Origin: a virus
IMG/VR virus record: IMGVR_UViG_3300028029_000006
Coordinates: 312,236 to 376,235 of that record
Strand: one strand, 5' to 3'
DNA length: 64,000 bases
In this document: positions 1-10,749 of the stretch, piece after piece
Layout of the letters: each line of letters begins with the position of its first letter
How positions within the stretch are numbered: position 1 is the stretch's first letter
Position numbers and translations under genes: made by a program
Notes under the pieces: generated by a model
Told to the model about the DNA's origin: nothing
The model's database searches: none
What the model saw: only the letters and a program-made list of their open reading frames with translations

Positions 1-1001
1 GACATATTCCTTCTGGAATTTTACATGATAACATCAAATGTGTTCTTGCTCCAGGAATGGTTATTGATCTTAATGTGTTGGCAGATGAAATTAAATCTTT
101 ACAAGATAGAGGAGTTACATTAAAAAACAAACTAGTTGTATCAAATAAAGCTCATATTATATTCTCAAATCATAAAGAGTCTGATGATGTAACAGGTAAA
201 ATTGGAACTACTAAAAAAGGAATTGGTCCTGCTTATAGTTCAAAAGTTAATAGAATCGGAAAACGTTGGGATGATATTGTTAAAGATCATTATTTTGAAT
301 TTCAAAATGCTATTGATATCATTAAACCATTTGTTATGGATACAACTTATTTGATTCATACTTATTTAAAAATGGGGAATGTTTTATTTGAAGGCGCTCA
401 AGGAACCTTGTTGGATATTGATCATGGTACTTACCCTTATGTAACATCTTCAAATACGATTGCTGGCGGTGCTTGTACGGGCGCAGGCGTGGGCCCTACA
501 ATGATTAATGAAGTTTTAGGAATCACTAAGGCTTATGTCACCAGGGTTGGCAACGGTCCTTTCCCAACAGAGTTTGATGATGAATTAGCTAAAGATATTA
601 GAGACGTTGGAAAAGAATATGGCTCTGTTACTAAACGTCCACGTAGAATTGGTTGGTTAGATTTACCTCTTCTTAAATATTCAATTATAGTTAATGGTTG
701 TACTTCATTAGCTTTAATTAAATTAGATGTGTTATCAGGTTTAAAAAAGATTAAAGTTTGTACATCATATAAATATAATGATATCGACACTGACATAGTA
801 CCAACAAATCTAGATATTGCTAAGCCGGTTTATAAAACATTTACTGGTTGGTCAGAAGATATTTCTGAAGCAAGAGTTTATTCAGATTTACCTAAAGCCG
901 CACAAAATTATATTGATTTTCTTGAAGAGGAACTTAATTTAGATATAATTTTAGTTTCAGTTGGCCCCGAAAGAAATAGTATAATTGATAGAAATAATTA
1001 A
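1..1001 (+). CDS. purA: Adenylosuccinate synthetase, 5' end outside the window
   Basis: Motifs IGTTKKGIGPAY, FEGAQGTLLDIDHGTYPYVTSS, KAYVTRVGNGPFPTE, RRIGWLD; the frame is open from the window edge (HIPSG...). Confidence 0.97.
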   Translation, partial: HIPSGILHDNIKCVLAPGMVIDLNVLADEIKSLQDRGVTLKNKLVVSNKAHIIFSNHKESDDVTGKIGTTKKGIGPAYSSKVNRIGKRWDDIVKDHYFEFQNAIDIIKPFVMDTTYLIHTYLKMGNVLFEGAQGTLLDIDHGTYPYVTSSNTIAGGACTGAGVGPTMINEVLGITKAYVTRVGNGPFPTEFDDELAKDIRDVGKEYGSVTKRPRRIGWLDLPLLKYSIIVNGCTSLALIKLDVLSGLKKIKVCTSYKYNDIDTDIVPTNLDIAKPVYKTFTGWSEDISEARVYSDLPKAAQNYIDFLEEELNLDIILVSVGPERNSIIDRNN

Positions 1002-1446
1002 AAAAGTATTGTTATTAGTTTTATTGTTATTGTTGTTTGGTTGTGATAAAAGTTGTAAAGATACTAACGCTTGTAAAAATTACGGTCAATGTATAACTGT
1101 TGATGATAATATTTGCGTAACTGGTTGTGAGGATTTGTGTGAGAGATTAGGTCGTTGTGTTCCTCACCATCATGGTAATAGGGTTGAGTGTGTGACTGAG
1201 AGTGTTACTGAATGTAAAAATTCTAAGATTTGTTTATTCTCTGGTAAATGCAATTCAAGGAATGGCAAGTGTTTTGCTATATCAGATGATGATTGTAAGA
1301 AATCTATTAATTGTGAATGGGAAGGTAATTGCGTTGAAAATAATGGTGAGTGCGTTCCTGGTTCTGAGTCTAATTGTTCTAAATCAAAATATTGCGCGTT
1401 GTTTGGTAAATGTATGAAATCATCTGATGGTTGTGTTTCTAATTAA
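985..1446 (+). CDS. Cysteine-rich repeat lipoprotein
   Basis: Hydrophobic leader ending LLFGC (lipobox-like); repeated C-x2-S-x2-C-x3-G-x-C units. Confidence 0.6.
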   Translation: MIEIIKKVLLLVLLLLLFGCDKSCKDTNACKNYGQCITVDDNICVTGCEDLCERLGRCVPHHHGNRVECVTESVTECKNSKICLFSGKCNSRNGKCFAISDDDCKKSINCEWEGNCVENNGECVPGSESNCSKSKYCALFGKCMKSSDGCVSN

Positions 1447-1458
1447 GAGGTTAATAAT

Positions 1459-2233
1459 ATGAGTTTTGAAAGTAAAATTAATAAGTTTTTGAATAGATTT
1501 TTTGGAGATAACATCCTTTTTCATTGGCAAAATTTAAATGATTTACCTGGTATTAAAGATAGACAAGGTCATCCATTTTGGCACGGCAGGTCTTGGTTAC
1601 GTTTTAATGAAATATAAATCTCTAGGTTTTGAGTGGTGTTTAAAATCCAAATCATGTGGTATGGGTATTGAATTTAGTCTTTATGGAGATAGAGACATTA
1701 ATTTCTATTTTGCTTTACTTCCTTTTGCGTTTTATTTTAATATTGATGGTTTTATTCCTAAATGGTCAGAGTATGTTGAGGATAAAGAGATTGGATGGAG
1801 TATTCATGATTGGACACTCTGGGTTGATTTATGGGCTAACAAAAATAGTTGGAGTTCAACTGACCCTAAATGGTGGAGTTTTAATATAAACATCAATCCA
1901 AAAACTTTAATATTAGGTGAAGTTGTTTATTCATCAGAATTGTTAAATGAGAAAGAAGTTAACGTTCCAATGCCAGAGAAAAGCTATAAAATGAATGTTA
2001 AATTAACCGAAGATAGCTGGACTCATAAAAGAATACCCTTATTTACCAAAAAAATATTAAGAGCAGAATGTGATTTAAAAGAAGGCATTCCATTTCCTGG
2101 TAAAGGAACTGCTTCATATAATTGTGGAGAGGATGCTTTATATGGTTATTCATGTAAAGCTTCAACTTTTGAAGAGGCAATTGGTGAAGTTGTTACAACT
2201 GTTTTAACAAATAGAAGAAGGTATCCGTTATAA
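1459..2233 (+). CDS. Trp-rich hypothetical protein, apparently frameshifted near 1610
   Basis: ATG 1459 after AAGAGG gives MSFESK...WLRFNE, then a stop; coding continues as KYKSLGFEW in the 1538..2233 frame. Confidence 0.5.
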
Positions 2234-2907
2234 TGGGGAATATAATTAGTTTATCTGGTTTAGCAGGTTCTGGAAAAAGCACAGTAGCAAAAATTTTAGT
2301 TAATGATTATAATTTTATTGAGATTGCTTTTGCAGATCCAATTAAAAGAGCTGTAATGAATTGGTGGGATTTTACTGAAGATCAGCTTTGGGGTTCCAGT
2401 GATTTAAGGAATCTACCTGACGAAAGATATCCAATTGATAATGGTTTTCTGATTCCTCGCTCAACACTAACTACAATAGGATCAGATATCGCTCGCGTTC
2501 TTGACAAAGACGTCTGGGTGCGTTATGGTATAAAGACAGCTAAGAGGTTGCTTGAAGAACCATATTCTCTTAATTATAAAAGAACTGTTGGGATTTTTAA
2601 TGAGAAGCGTAAAATTCCAATTGCTGGTGTTATTATTTCGGATGTAAGATTCACAAATGAGTTTATAAGAATTAAATCTGAAGAAGGAATTATTATTAGA
2701 GTTAAGAATGACAGAGCTGGTTTATCAGGAAAAGCTGCGGTTCATGTTAGTGAGACGGAGCATCAAGCTTGGCCTGATGAGAACTTTAATGTTTTGATTT
2801 ATAATAATGGAACTTTGGAAGAACTTGATGTTAAAGTTCGCGAGATGGTTGAATCATTTGTTGGCGAGTCTGTATTGTTAAAAAAGCAACTGGGGTTATT
2901 TGAATGA
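2233..2907 (+). CDS. Deoxynucleoside monophosphate kinase (phage type)
   Basis: P-loop GLAGSGKST, AFADPIK, ISDVRFTNE, HVSE. Confidence 0.85.
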   Translation: MGNIISLSGLAGSGKSTVAKILVNDYNFIEIAFADPIKRAVMNWWDFTEDQLWGSSDLRNLPDERYPIDNGFLIPRSTLTTIGSDIARVLDKDVWVRYGIKTAKRLLEEPYSLNYKRTVGIFNEKRKIPIAGVIISDVRFTNEFIRIKSEEGIIIRVKNDRAGLSGKAAVHVSETEHQAWPDENFNVLIYNNGTLEELDVKVREMVESFVGESVLLKKQLGLFE

Positions 2908-3659
2908 GAAAAGAATTAGAAGATAAATTGTTTAAGACCTATCCTAAGATTTTAGGTAAGGTAAAAAGTATTGAGTGTGAAGACGGTTGGTATGATCTAA
3001 TTAATACAACTTGCAATACAATTCAAGATAAAAATTTAATTACTATGGGGGAAATTAAAAAAGATAATGGTTTATTAAGTTTTCATTATTATGAAAGCGG
3101 CACAGTTTTTTCACATTTTTGGGGTATTCTAAGTATGGCTGCTCACATGTCAGCATTTATTTGTGAGATTTGTGGAAACTCTGGTAAATTGAATGAGGAA
3201 TCAGAGTTTGATGAAGGGGCAGCGAAAGTTAGATGTTCTCAGCATAGGTATATATATAATGAAAAATCGATTACAAAGAAAAACAAAGGTGCAGTTAGCA
3301 TTGATTTTGATGGGGTTATTAATAGTTATAAATCGGGATTTGTGACAGTAGATAATATTCCAGACCCACCTAATGAAGGAGCTTTTGAAGCTATAAAAAA
3401 TTATCTTAATTATGGTTTTAAAGTTTATATCTACTCTACCAGAAATGAATGTACCGAAGGTAAGAAAGCAATTAAAGAATGGTTGTTATTGCATGGGTTG
3501 GAGAAAAAAATAGTTGATAAGCTTCATATTGTATCTGGAAAACCAATTTCAAAAATTTACATTGATGATCGAGGTTGGCATTTTTCGGGAAAGTTTCCTT
3601 CAGTTGATGAAATTAAATATTACAGACCATGGCATGGCGGGAGTTCATCTTCTCAATGA
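2904..3659 (+). CDS. Two-domain protein: N-terminal CxxC phage domain plus C-terminal HAD phosphatase
   Basis: CEICG in the N-half; IDFDGVI, YSTR, K-P and YIDDR HAD motifs in the C-half. Confidence 0.7.
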   Translation: MRKELEDKLFKTYPKILGKVKSIECEDGWYDLINTTCNTIQDKNLITMGEIKKDNGLLSFHYYESGTVFSHFWGILSMAAHMSAFICEICGNSGKLNEESEFDEGAAKVRCSQHRYIYNEKSITKKNKGAVSIDFDGVINSYKSGFVTVDNIPDPPNEGAFEAIKNYLNYGFKVYIYSTRNECTEGKKAIKEWLLLHGLEKKIVDKLHIVSGKPISKIYIDDRGWHFSGKFPSVDEIKYYRPWHGGSSSSQ

Positions 3660-3858
3660 ATGAAATTAATAAAAAAATTAAAGAATATTTTAAGGTTCAG
3701 GATAAACTAGTTAAAGTTGAAGATATGTATTACGGAATGGGTGAAAGTGATATTATTCTTTTGAGTGCAGTTAATGATATCGAATATCATGATTATCATG
3801 TTTATTTGTTGGTTAATAAACATAATCAAATTAATAAAGATGGAACGAAAGTTAAACA

Positions 3859-5180
3859 ATGAAGCAATCTGTTATTGAAGAATTTATTAAAATTGCCAAA
3901 AGGGTTGACCCAACTATAACTTCAATTGATTCAGTTATAGTTTCAACCTTTGATGATTCATCAATTATATATTCACTTAGTGAGTTAGAGAAAATTAAAA
4001 ATATATTAGATTGGGTAAAAGCTTCCCAAAAACCTAATGTTTTATCTGAGGATTTTATTAGGGAATTTGCCAACGAGGTATGTTGGCATAATATATCTTA
4101 TTCTCAAAAATTATCTGAATCTTTTATTAATGAATTTCAAGACAAAGTAGATTGGCAACAGATTTGTTATCATCAAAAACTATCCGAAAATTTTATTAGA
4201 GAGTTTAAAGATAAAGTAAGTTGGTATTTGGTATCTAAATATCAAGATTTATCAGAGAATTTTATTAGAGAGTTTAAAGATAAAGTAAGTTGGAAAATAT
4301 ATCATATTGTCAAAAATTATCTGAAGATTTTATTAGAGAGTTTAAAGATAAAGTAAGTTGGTATTTGGTATCTAAATATCAAGATTTATCAGAGAATTTT
4401 ATTAGAGAGTTTAAAGATAAATTAGATTGGACTAATATATCTTATCATCAAAAAATATCTGAAGATTTTATTAGAAAATTTACTGGTAGAATAAATTGGT
4501 ATCATATATCTAGTTCTCAAAATTTATCAGAAGATTTTATTAGAGAATTTCAAGATAAATTATATTGGACTACATTATCTATAAATCAAATATTATCTGA
4601 AGATTTTATTAGAGAATTCAAACATAAACTTAATAACGAACAACAAAACAAAGAGGAACCGAAAGAAAAAATGAAAGAAACAACAAAGCTAGATTTAGCA
4701 AAACAATCTGGAAATAAAATTAAAGACTCAATCAAACAAGGAATTGCAGTTGGAGCAGCTACCGAAGGTGCTAACTATGTATTTGACTTAATATCAAAAC
4801 AACTTGGATTATCAGAAGAAGATCTCAACAACCCAGTTAAAAAAGAACTACTTATGGGACTATCAGTTGCAGCTCTTCATGTAGGATCAACCGTTTTTCA
4901 TGACCAAATTCCTGGGATGGATAAAGTACAAACTGGATGCGAGTTGGTTATCCAAGGTAAGAGCAAAGATAATTTCTCTGCAATGGCTAAACATCTTGTT
5001 CCAGTGTTAATGAGTGCATCTCAAATGATGGATCCAAAAATGGCTCTTGAACGTATCATGAAAGATGAACAAGAAGCTTCCAGGTTGAGAGTAGAAAGTC
5101 AAATGATATTGGAAATTCCACCAACCGAAATGGAAATTGAAGATGAGTTAAAAGAAAATGAATCATTAAATATGATTTAA
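3859..5180 (+). CDS. 23-aa Trp-repeat protein with unique N- and C-terminal regions; 1-nt frameshift near 4292
   Basis: ORFs 3859..4356 and 4290..5180 carry LSE(D/N)FIREF(K/Q)DKVxW repeats; two identical 94-nt blocks lie 137 nt apart where 138 (2 x 69) is expected. Confidence 0.7.
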
Positions 5181-5191
5181 GAAAGTTAAAT

Positions 5192-6340
5192 ATGATTCTT
5201 GAAGTACAGAAGTTTTTACATAACAACGGATTAGATAAACTTCAATCCGATTATTCAATTATAGCCAGACGCCATTCAGAATATAATAATCTTATATGTT
5301 TAAAATATAATATGATTGATTCTCCAATGGCAAAAACCATTTCGCAAGAATGTAGAGGTCTTATTCTTGATGAAGATAATGATTGGTCAATTGTATCTTA
5401 TCCATTCAATAAATTCTTCAACTCAGCCGAAGGGTTAGCAGATAGCATTGATTGGAATACAGCTAAAGTAGTTGAAAAATGTGATGGCTCTTTGATGACA
5501 TTGTATCACTATGATAATAAATGGCATGTTCAATCATCTGGTACTGCAGATGCAGTTGGCCCGCTTAATACAGATATTCCTTGGAGAGAAGATGGTAAGT
5601 TAGTGACATTATCACCAAATAGTTTTGCTTCTTACTTTTGGAAAATTGCAACTTTAACTAAAATGGATATTAATCCTTTAATGAAAAGCATTCCAACTGA
5701 TATGTGTTTTATGTTTGAGGTAATGGGCCCGTTAAATAGAATTATTGTTAGACATGATATAAGTAAAATTGTATTAATTGGTGCTAGAAATATTAAAACC
5801 GGAAAAGAATTAACAGTTGAAGATGCTGTCAAGTTATTACCTGGAAACGTTCCAATTGTCAAAACTTATTCTTTAAAGACAATGGAAGATATTAATACGA
5901 GTCTACCTAACATAAACCCTTTAGATCAAGAAGGTTATGTTGTTTTGGATGCTGAGTTTAATCGTGTTAAAGTTAAAGCTCCAGCATATGTTGCTATGCA
6001 TCATGCTAAAGGTAACGAAGTAACTTTCAAAAAACTATTGGCTATTGCTGTAGCAGGTGAAAATGATGAATGGGTTGCTTATTTTGATGAGCATAAAGAG
6101 GATATGGCTATAGTTAGAAATGGATTGAGTGATTTGATTTTTGAAGTTGAAAGTGATTATAAGGAAATAATTTCTGAGGTTGGAGGTGAAGCAACAGCAA
6201 AAGAATTTGCAATGTTAGCCAAAAATACTCGTTGTCCTAGTGCGCTTTTCGCTTTTCGTTCTGGAAAAATTGATTCAATTAAAAGTTATATTAGGAATAT
6301 TAGACTTGATAGTTTGATTAGTTTAATTGATTTTGATTAA
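5192..6340 (+). CDS. RNA ligase, T4 Rnl1-like
   Basis: ECRGLIL, PFNKFFN, motif I EKCDGS, FMFE, EGYVV, RVKVK. Confidence 0.9.
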   Translation: MILEVQKFLHNNGLDKLQSDYSIIARRHSEYNNLICLKYNMIDSPMAKTISQECRGLILDEDNDWSIVSYPFNKFFNSAEGLADSIDWNTAKVVEKCDGSLMTLYHYDNKWHVQSSGTADAVGPLNTDIPWREDGKLVTLSPNSFASYFWKIATLTKMDINPLMKSIPTDMCFMFEVMGPLNRIIVRHDISKIVLIGARNIKTGKELTVEDAVKLLPGNVPIVKTYSLKTMEDINTSLPNINPLDQEGYVVLDAEFNRVKVKAPAYVAMHHAKGNEVTFKKLLAIAVAGENDEWVAYFDEHKEDMAIVRNGLSDLIFEVESDYKEIISEVGGEATAKEFAMLAKNTRCPSALFAFRSGKIDSIKSYIRNIRLDSLISLIDFD

Positions 6341-6362
6341 ATACATATTTTTATATTCAATT

Positions 6363-7084
6363 ATGATAGATGGAAAAGCACGAGCGTTTTGCAAAGCTCT
6401 TAGTTGGAGATTAATTGCTAGTTGTGTGTTAGCCACAATTGCTTGGGTTTTGATTGGTGATCTTAAAACGGTTGGTTTTGTTACTCTTATTTATAATATA
6501 ATTCAAGTTGTAGTATATTTTATTCATGAAAGAATTTGGAATTATATCATTGGGGGAAGACGAAAGGATTATTTATTCAGATGACTGGTATGAGTGGTTC
6601 TGGAAAAACTACAATATCAAGGGCGGTTTCTAAAAAATTAAAAGCTAAAGGTTTTCTTTTGGAATTAATTGATGTAGATGAATATAGAAATAATATAACT
6701 AAAGAGTTAGGTTTTTCTAAAAAAGATCGATTGGAGAACATTCGTAGGTTAGGTTTTATTGGTAGGATTCTTTCAAGAAATAATGTTATAGCAATATTAG
6801 CAGTTATTAATCCTTATAAAGAGGCAAGAGATTATTTATCTAATATGAATGCTAAAACAGTTTATGTTAAATGTGATTTGGAAGAATTAATTCGCAGAGA
6901 TCCTAAAGGGTTATATGCAAAAGCAATGTTGGCAGATGATGATCCAAAGAAATTAAATAACTTCACAGGCATATCTGATCCATTTGAAGAGCCAAGTAGT
7001 CCAGATTTGATTTTGGATACTAAAAAAGAAGATATAGAAGAGTCAGTTAATATATTATATAATTTTATTTTAAACAACCTTTAA
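6363..7084 (+). CDS. cysC: DUF2061-like membrane domain fused to adenylyl-sulfate kinase, split by a 1-nt frameshift near 6548
   Basis: KALSWR...HERIWNY is followed in the next frame by HWG...TGMSGSGKTT, LGFSKKDR, RDPKGLY, FTGISDPFE. Confidence 0.8.
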
Positions 7085-7110
7085 ATAAAAACAAAGAAAG
7101 ATTATAAATT

Positions 7111-8028
7111 ATGAGTTACCAAGCAAGAGTTTTAAAAGATTCAATTAACCATTTAGATACTAGGCTTATTACTATTGAAGTTACTATGCCTAGAATTGTT
7201 TTAGCAGAGTTTAATACTCACAGAATGCTATCAAGGAGTTCCGCGAGTTCGAGGGCTATTAAAATCGAAAAAATGCTTAAGATGACTAGAGAGCACCCTT
7301 ATATTCCAGAAAAATGGGGCAAGAATCAAAAAGGAATGCAAGCATATCAAGATCTTCTCCCTGAAGAAGCTATGGAAGCCGAAAAAGTTTGGCTTGAAGC
7401 TAGAGATTTAGCAGTTAAACAGGTTGAAAAGCTTCTTGAGATTGGAGTTCATAAGCAAACTACAAATAGATTGCTTGAACCCTTCATGTGGCATACGATT
7501 ATTTGTACCGCAACTGAGTATGATAACTTTTTTCACTTAAGAGATCATAAAGAGGCTCATCCAGCAATTCAACGTCCAGCTAAATTAATTAGAGAAGCTA
7601 TTAAAAAAAGCACTCCCGAGTTTCTACCAATTGGCAAATGGCATACTCCATTATTAAATATTGGTATGGATGATGAAGAAGAACAAATTATTTCTTTATT
7701 AGGAGAAGAGGCCCCTATAAAAGTTTCTGTTGGTCGCTGTGCTAGAGTTAGTTACTTGACTCATGATGGAGTTAGAGATTTTAATAAGGATATTAAACTT
7801 TATGATAGGTTAATGGGTAATTTCCATATGTCTCCTTTAGAGCATGTCGCAACTCCTTATGATCCAACAAATGATGAACACCGAAATGTTGTTATGGTTA
7901 AGTTAGTTAATCCAACAGACTGTTGGTTTGGAAATTTTAAGAGTTGGGTCCAATACAGAAAGCTAATCCCAGGTGAGTTTGATATGTTGGGACATATTCA
8001 GAAAAAAAAGGAGAAAAATAATGGCTAA
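7111..8028 (+). CDS. thyX: FAD-dependent thymidylate synthase, phage type
   Basis: AEFNTHRMLSRSSASSRAI, HKQTTNRLLEPF, RCARVSY, HMSPLEH. Confidence 0.88.
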   Translation: MSYQARVLKDSINHLDTRLITIEVTMPRIVLAEFNTHRMLSRSSASSRAIKIEKMLKMTREHPYIPEKWGKNQKGMQAYQDLLPEEAMEAEKVWLEARDLAVKQVEKLLEIGVHKQTTNRLLEPFMWHTIICTATEYDNFFHLRDHKEAHPAIQRPAKLIREAIKKSTPEFLPIGKWHTPLLNIGMDDEEEQIISLLGEEAPIKVSVGRCARVSYLTHDGVRDFNKDIKLYDRLMGNFHMSPLEHVATPYDPTNDEHRNVVMVKLVNPTDCWFGNFKSWVQYRKLIPGEFDMLGHIQKKKEKNNG

Positions 8029-8602
8029 AGATATTAAAGAGATTGAAAGAATCTGGATTCTTCCAGAAATGCCGCCAGAAGAATTAACAATACATAAAAT
8101 ACCTCATTTAATTTCATATATTTTTTCTGAAAAAGAAGGTGAAATGAGAGTGGTTAGTAGGTATTTACCCGAAGAAGATGATTCTTTAAATAATCTTCCT
8201 TTTATAAAAAAAGATGGAGAGAAGCAGGTTGTAGGTAGGTTTTTCTTGACAGTCAAGAGCCGAGGGGATATGGTTAGGGATGAGTGGGAAGATAAGAATC
8301 TACCCGAGTGGGCCTACAAAATCCTAGCAGCTCAAGCTGTATGTGGAATATTAAAAACTAGACATTTTATTAAGTATAATAACTATACTTTAGAGGTTGA
8401 TGAATATAGCACAAGGTTTTTTGGTGTTAAGAGAGTATCAAATGATATTAAAGGTAAAGTTAGGTTGGAGTGTGAATTCGCTTCTGAAGAAGAAGCGAAT
8501 AGATTTAAGTTGCCCGAATGGGCAAAAGGTGCTGTTGAAGTAACATTTAGAAGAGATTTTAAAAACTCAATAATTGCCAGCGAGGGTTGGCCGAAAGAAT
8601 AA
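8021..8602 (+). CDS. CYTH (triphosphate tunnel) family protein
   Basis: N-terminal EIER, LTVK, KTR, EVDEY, ECEF; ATG at 8021 follows AGGAG. Confidence 0.75.
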   Translation: MAKDIKEIERIWILPEMPPEELTIHKIPHLISYIFSEKEGEMRVVSRYLPEEDDSLNNLPFIKKDGEKQVVGRFFLTVKSRGDMVRDEWEDKNLPEWAYKILAAQAVCGILKTRHFIKYNNYTLEVDEYSTRFFGVKRVSNDIKGKVRLECEFASEEEANRFKLPEWAKGAVEVTFRRDFKNSIIASEGWPKE

Positions 8603-8604
8603 TT

Positions 8605-9597
8605 ATGGATTGGAATTTATTAAAAAACACAAAAAGAATCATTACTCATTCAAATTGCCCCGATGGAATGGGTTCAGCAATAATTTTAAGGGTTGTATTT
8701 CCTGAAATTGAACCTGAATTCTATCATCATTCTCAAGATGAATATTTAAATTTAAAAGCTGAAGAGGGAATGTTGTTTTGTGACATTATTCCTCCTGAAC
8801 ATCGAGCCCAAGAGTTTGTAGATGTTAATTCAATTGTTTTAGATCATCATAAAGGTGTAGAGCATATTGTTGATATGTTTGGGGAACTTGGGATTTTTGC
8901 AGATGAGAAAAAAGAACCTGGTGTATCTGGAACTACTTTGGCTTGGCGAGAAGTGTTTGTTCCTTGGTCTCAAGAGTTAACTGATTTTAGTAAAGAAGAT
9001 TATTTTGGACAGCATGCTGAAAGTTATAATCATGAATTATGCTCTTGTGAGGCTATAAGAGAATTTGCTATACTAGCAGGAATTAGAGATACTTGGCAAA
9101 TTAATGATCCGAAATTCAAATTAGCCAGTGAGCAAGCGGCAATGTTAACATTTTTTCCTTGGGAATATTGGAAAAACAAAGTAAAACATTTCTCTTTTGA
9201 AGGAGAAATGTTAGTTGGACATAATATTTTGAACAAAAGATTAAGAGACGCAGCAGTATGCGTAGATAATTCAGTTGTTTTTGACGTTAATGGTTACAAA
9301 GTAGCTGTATTTAACGATCCTGATAAGTTATGTTCGGACACATCAGCTTTACATATTGAGAATGGTGTAGATGTAGTTGCAGGTTTTTATTACTTTAGTG
9401 ATTTAGACGGTTTGCATATTACTTATTCATTACGTTCTAATGATAATTTCAGTGTAGGAAAGATGGCTAAATCATTGGGTGGCGGAGGTCATACTAAAGC
9501 TTCTGGTTTTAGTTTAAAGACTGAATTAGAAGAAGTTAATCCTTTTCTTAAATTTAAAGAAATTTTTGAAGAATATTCTAAGAATGTCCGAGTCTAA
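8605..9597 (+). CDS. DHH/DHHA1 phosphoesterase
   Basis: HSNCPDG, FCD, LDHH, YSLRS, GGGGHTKASGF. Confidence 0.85.
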   Translation: MDWNLLKNTKRIITHSNCPDGMGSAIILRVVFPEIEPEFYHHSQDEYLNLKAEEGMLFCDIIPPEHRAQEFVDVNSIVLDHHKGVEHIVDMFGELGIFADEKKEPGVSGTTLAWREVFVPWSQELTDFSKEDYFGQHAESYNHELCSCEAIREFAILAGIRDTWQINDPKFKLASEQAAMLTFFPWEYWKNKVKHFSFEGEMLVGHNILNKRLRDAAVCVDNSVVFDVNGYKVAVFNDPDKLCSDTSALHIENGVDVVAGFYYFSDLDGLHITYSLRSNDNFSVGKMAKSLGGGGHTKASGFSLKTELEEVNPFLKFKEIFEEYSKNVRV

Positions 9598-10111
9598 TTT
9601 AGATTGTATTCGTCCTTATGATGTTAGTTTACCTGTTGTTATTAGCGAGAATCAGTTTTTAATTGGTTTAGGTGTTGAGTTTGGGCCATTTCAGTCAGGG
9701 GATAAGTGGCGTCAATCTCGTATTCCTTTAGGTTGGTCTATTAAACGAGATGGTAAAAGTGATAATCATATTTATTTAGTAGATAGTAATAATAGTTTTC
9801 GTTCATTTATATATACTAATAAGAACAGTTCTAAAGTTAAGATTATGTTTAGGTTTCATTTTGGGATTGATGAATCTATTTTAGACAGAACTACTAAGGT
9901 TAGGCTTTGCGTTTGGGATAAATTTGGAGCAGGTGATAAATTAGGTAAAGTTGTGTTTGAGGTAAGTTATTCGTTACCTAATTTGAGAGTTAATAAAAAT
10001 GCTCATCAAAGGTTACTGGAATCTTTTAATAATAAAGATGAATGTGGAAAATGGTTGAATGATAATTATCCAGATTGGAATGATTCATCTGCGTATTGGG
10101 AAGTGTTATGA
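9584..10111 (+). CDS. Hypothetical phage protein
   Basis: ORF packed between neighbours; C-terminal WLNDNYPDW...AYW. Confidence 0.5.
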   Translation: MSESNLDCIRPYDVSLPVVISENQFLIGLGVEFGPFQSGDKWRQSRIPLGWSIKRDGKSDNHIYLVDSNNSFRSFIYTNKNSSKVKIMFRFHFGIDESILDRTTKVRLCVWDKFGAGDKLGKVVFEVSYSLPNLRVNKNAHQRLLESFNNKDECGKWLNDNYPDWNDSSAYWEVL

Positions 10112-10695
10112 AGAAATTAATTAAGAAAATTGCTAAACAGTATGACTGTTTGAAAATAAAATTTAAATTTGATGGTAAGTTAAAGAGAAAATCAAGAAAG
10201 GAATTTGAAGATAAGGTTTGTTTTTATCACGTTTGTAAATATCACATGTTATCTGAAGAGTTTATTAAAGAATTTCAAAAAGAATTAGATTGGGAAGGTG
10301 TTTTTATATTCCAAAAATTATCTGAAGAATTTATTAGAGAGTTCCATTATAAAATAGGATGGCGAGATATATCTCAATTTCAAACTTTATCAGAAGAATT
10401 TATTAGAGAGTTTCAAAATGAAGTATATTGGGAGCATATATCTAGACATCAAGAGTTGTCAGAGTTTTTTATAAGAGAATTTCAAGATAAATTATATTGG
10501 ACTACATTATCTATAAATCAAATATTATCTGAAGATTTTATTAGAGAATTCAAAGATAAAGTAAATTGGTATTGGATATCTATTTATCAAAATTTATCAG
10601 AAGATTTCATTAGAGAATTTAAAGATCATGTAAATTGGCGTTGCATATATAAATATCAAACATTGTCAAGAGAGTTTAAAAATGAGTTAAAATGA
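10108..10695 (+). CDS. 23-aa Trp-repeat protein
   Basis: MKKLIKKIAKQYDC leader followed by about seven LSEEFIREF..W repeats. Confidence 0.8.
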   Translation: MKKLIKKIAKQYDCLKIKFKFDGKLKRKSRKEFEDKVCFYHVCKYHMLSEEFIKEFQKELDWEGVFIFQKLSEEFIREFHYKIGWRDISQFQTLSEEFIREFQNEVYWEHISRHQELSEFFIREFQDKLYWTTLSINQILSEDFIREFKDKVNWYWISIYQNLSEDFIREFKDHVNWRCIYKYQTLSREFKNELK

Positions 10696-10749
10696 ATTAT
10701 TATAAAAAAGTTAGTAATAAAAACAATTAATGAAGATATATAATAAATT

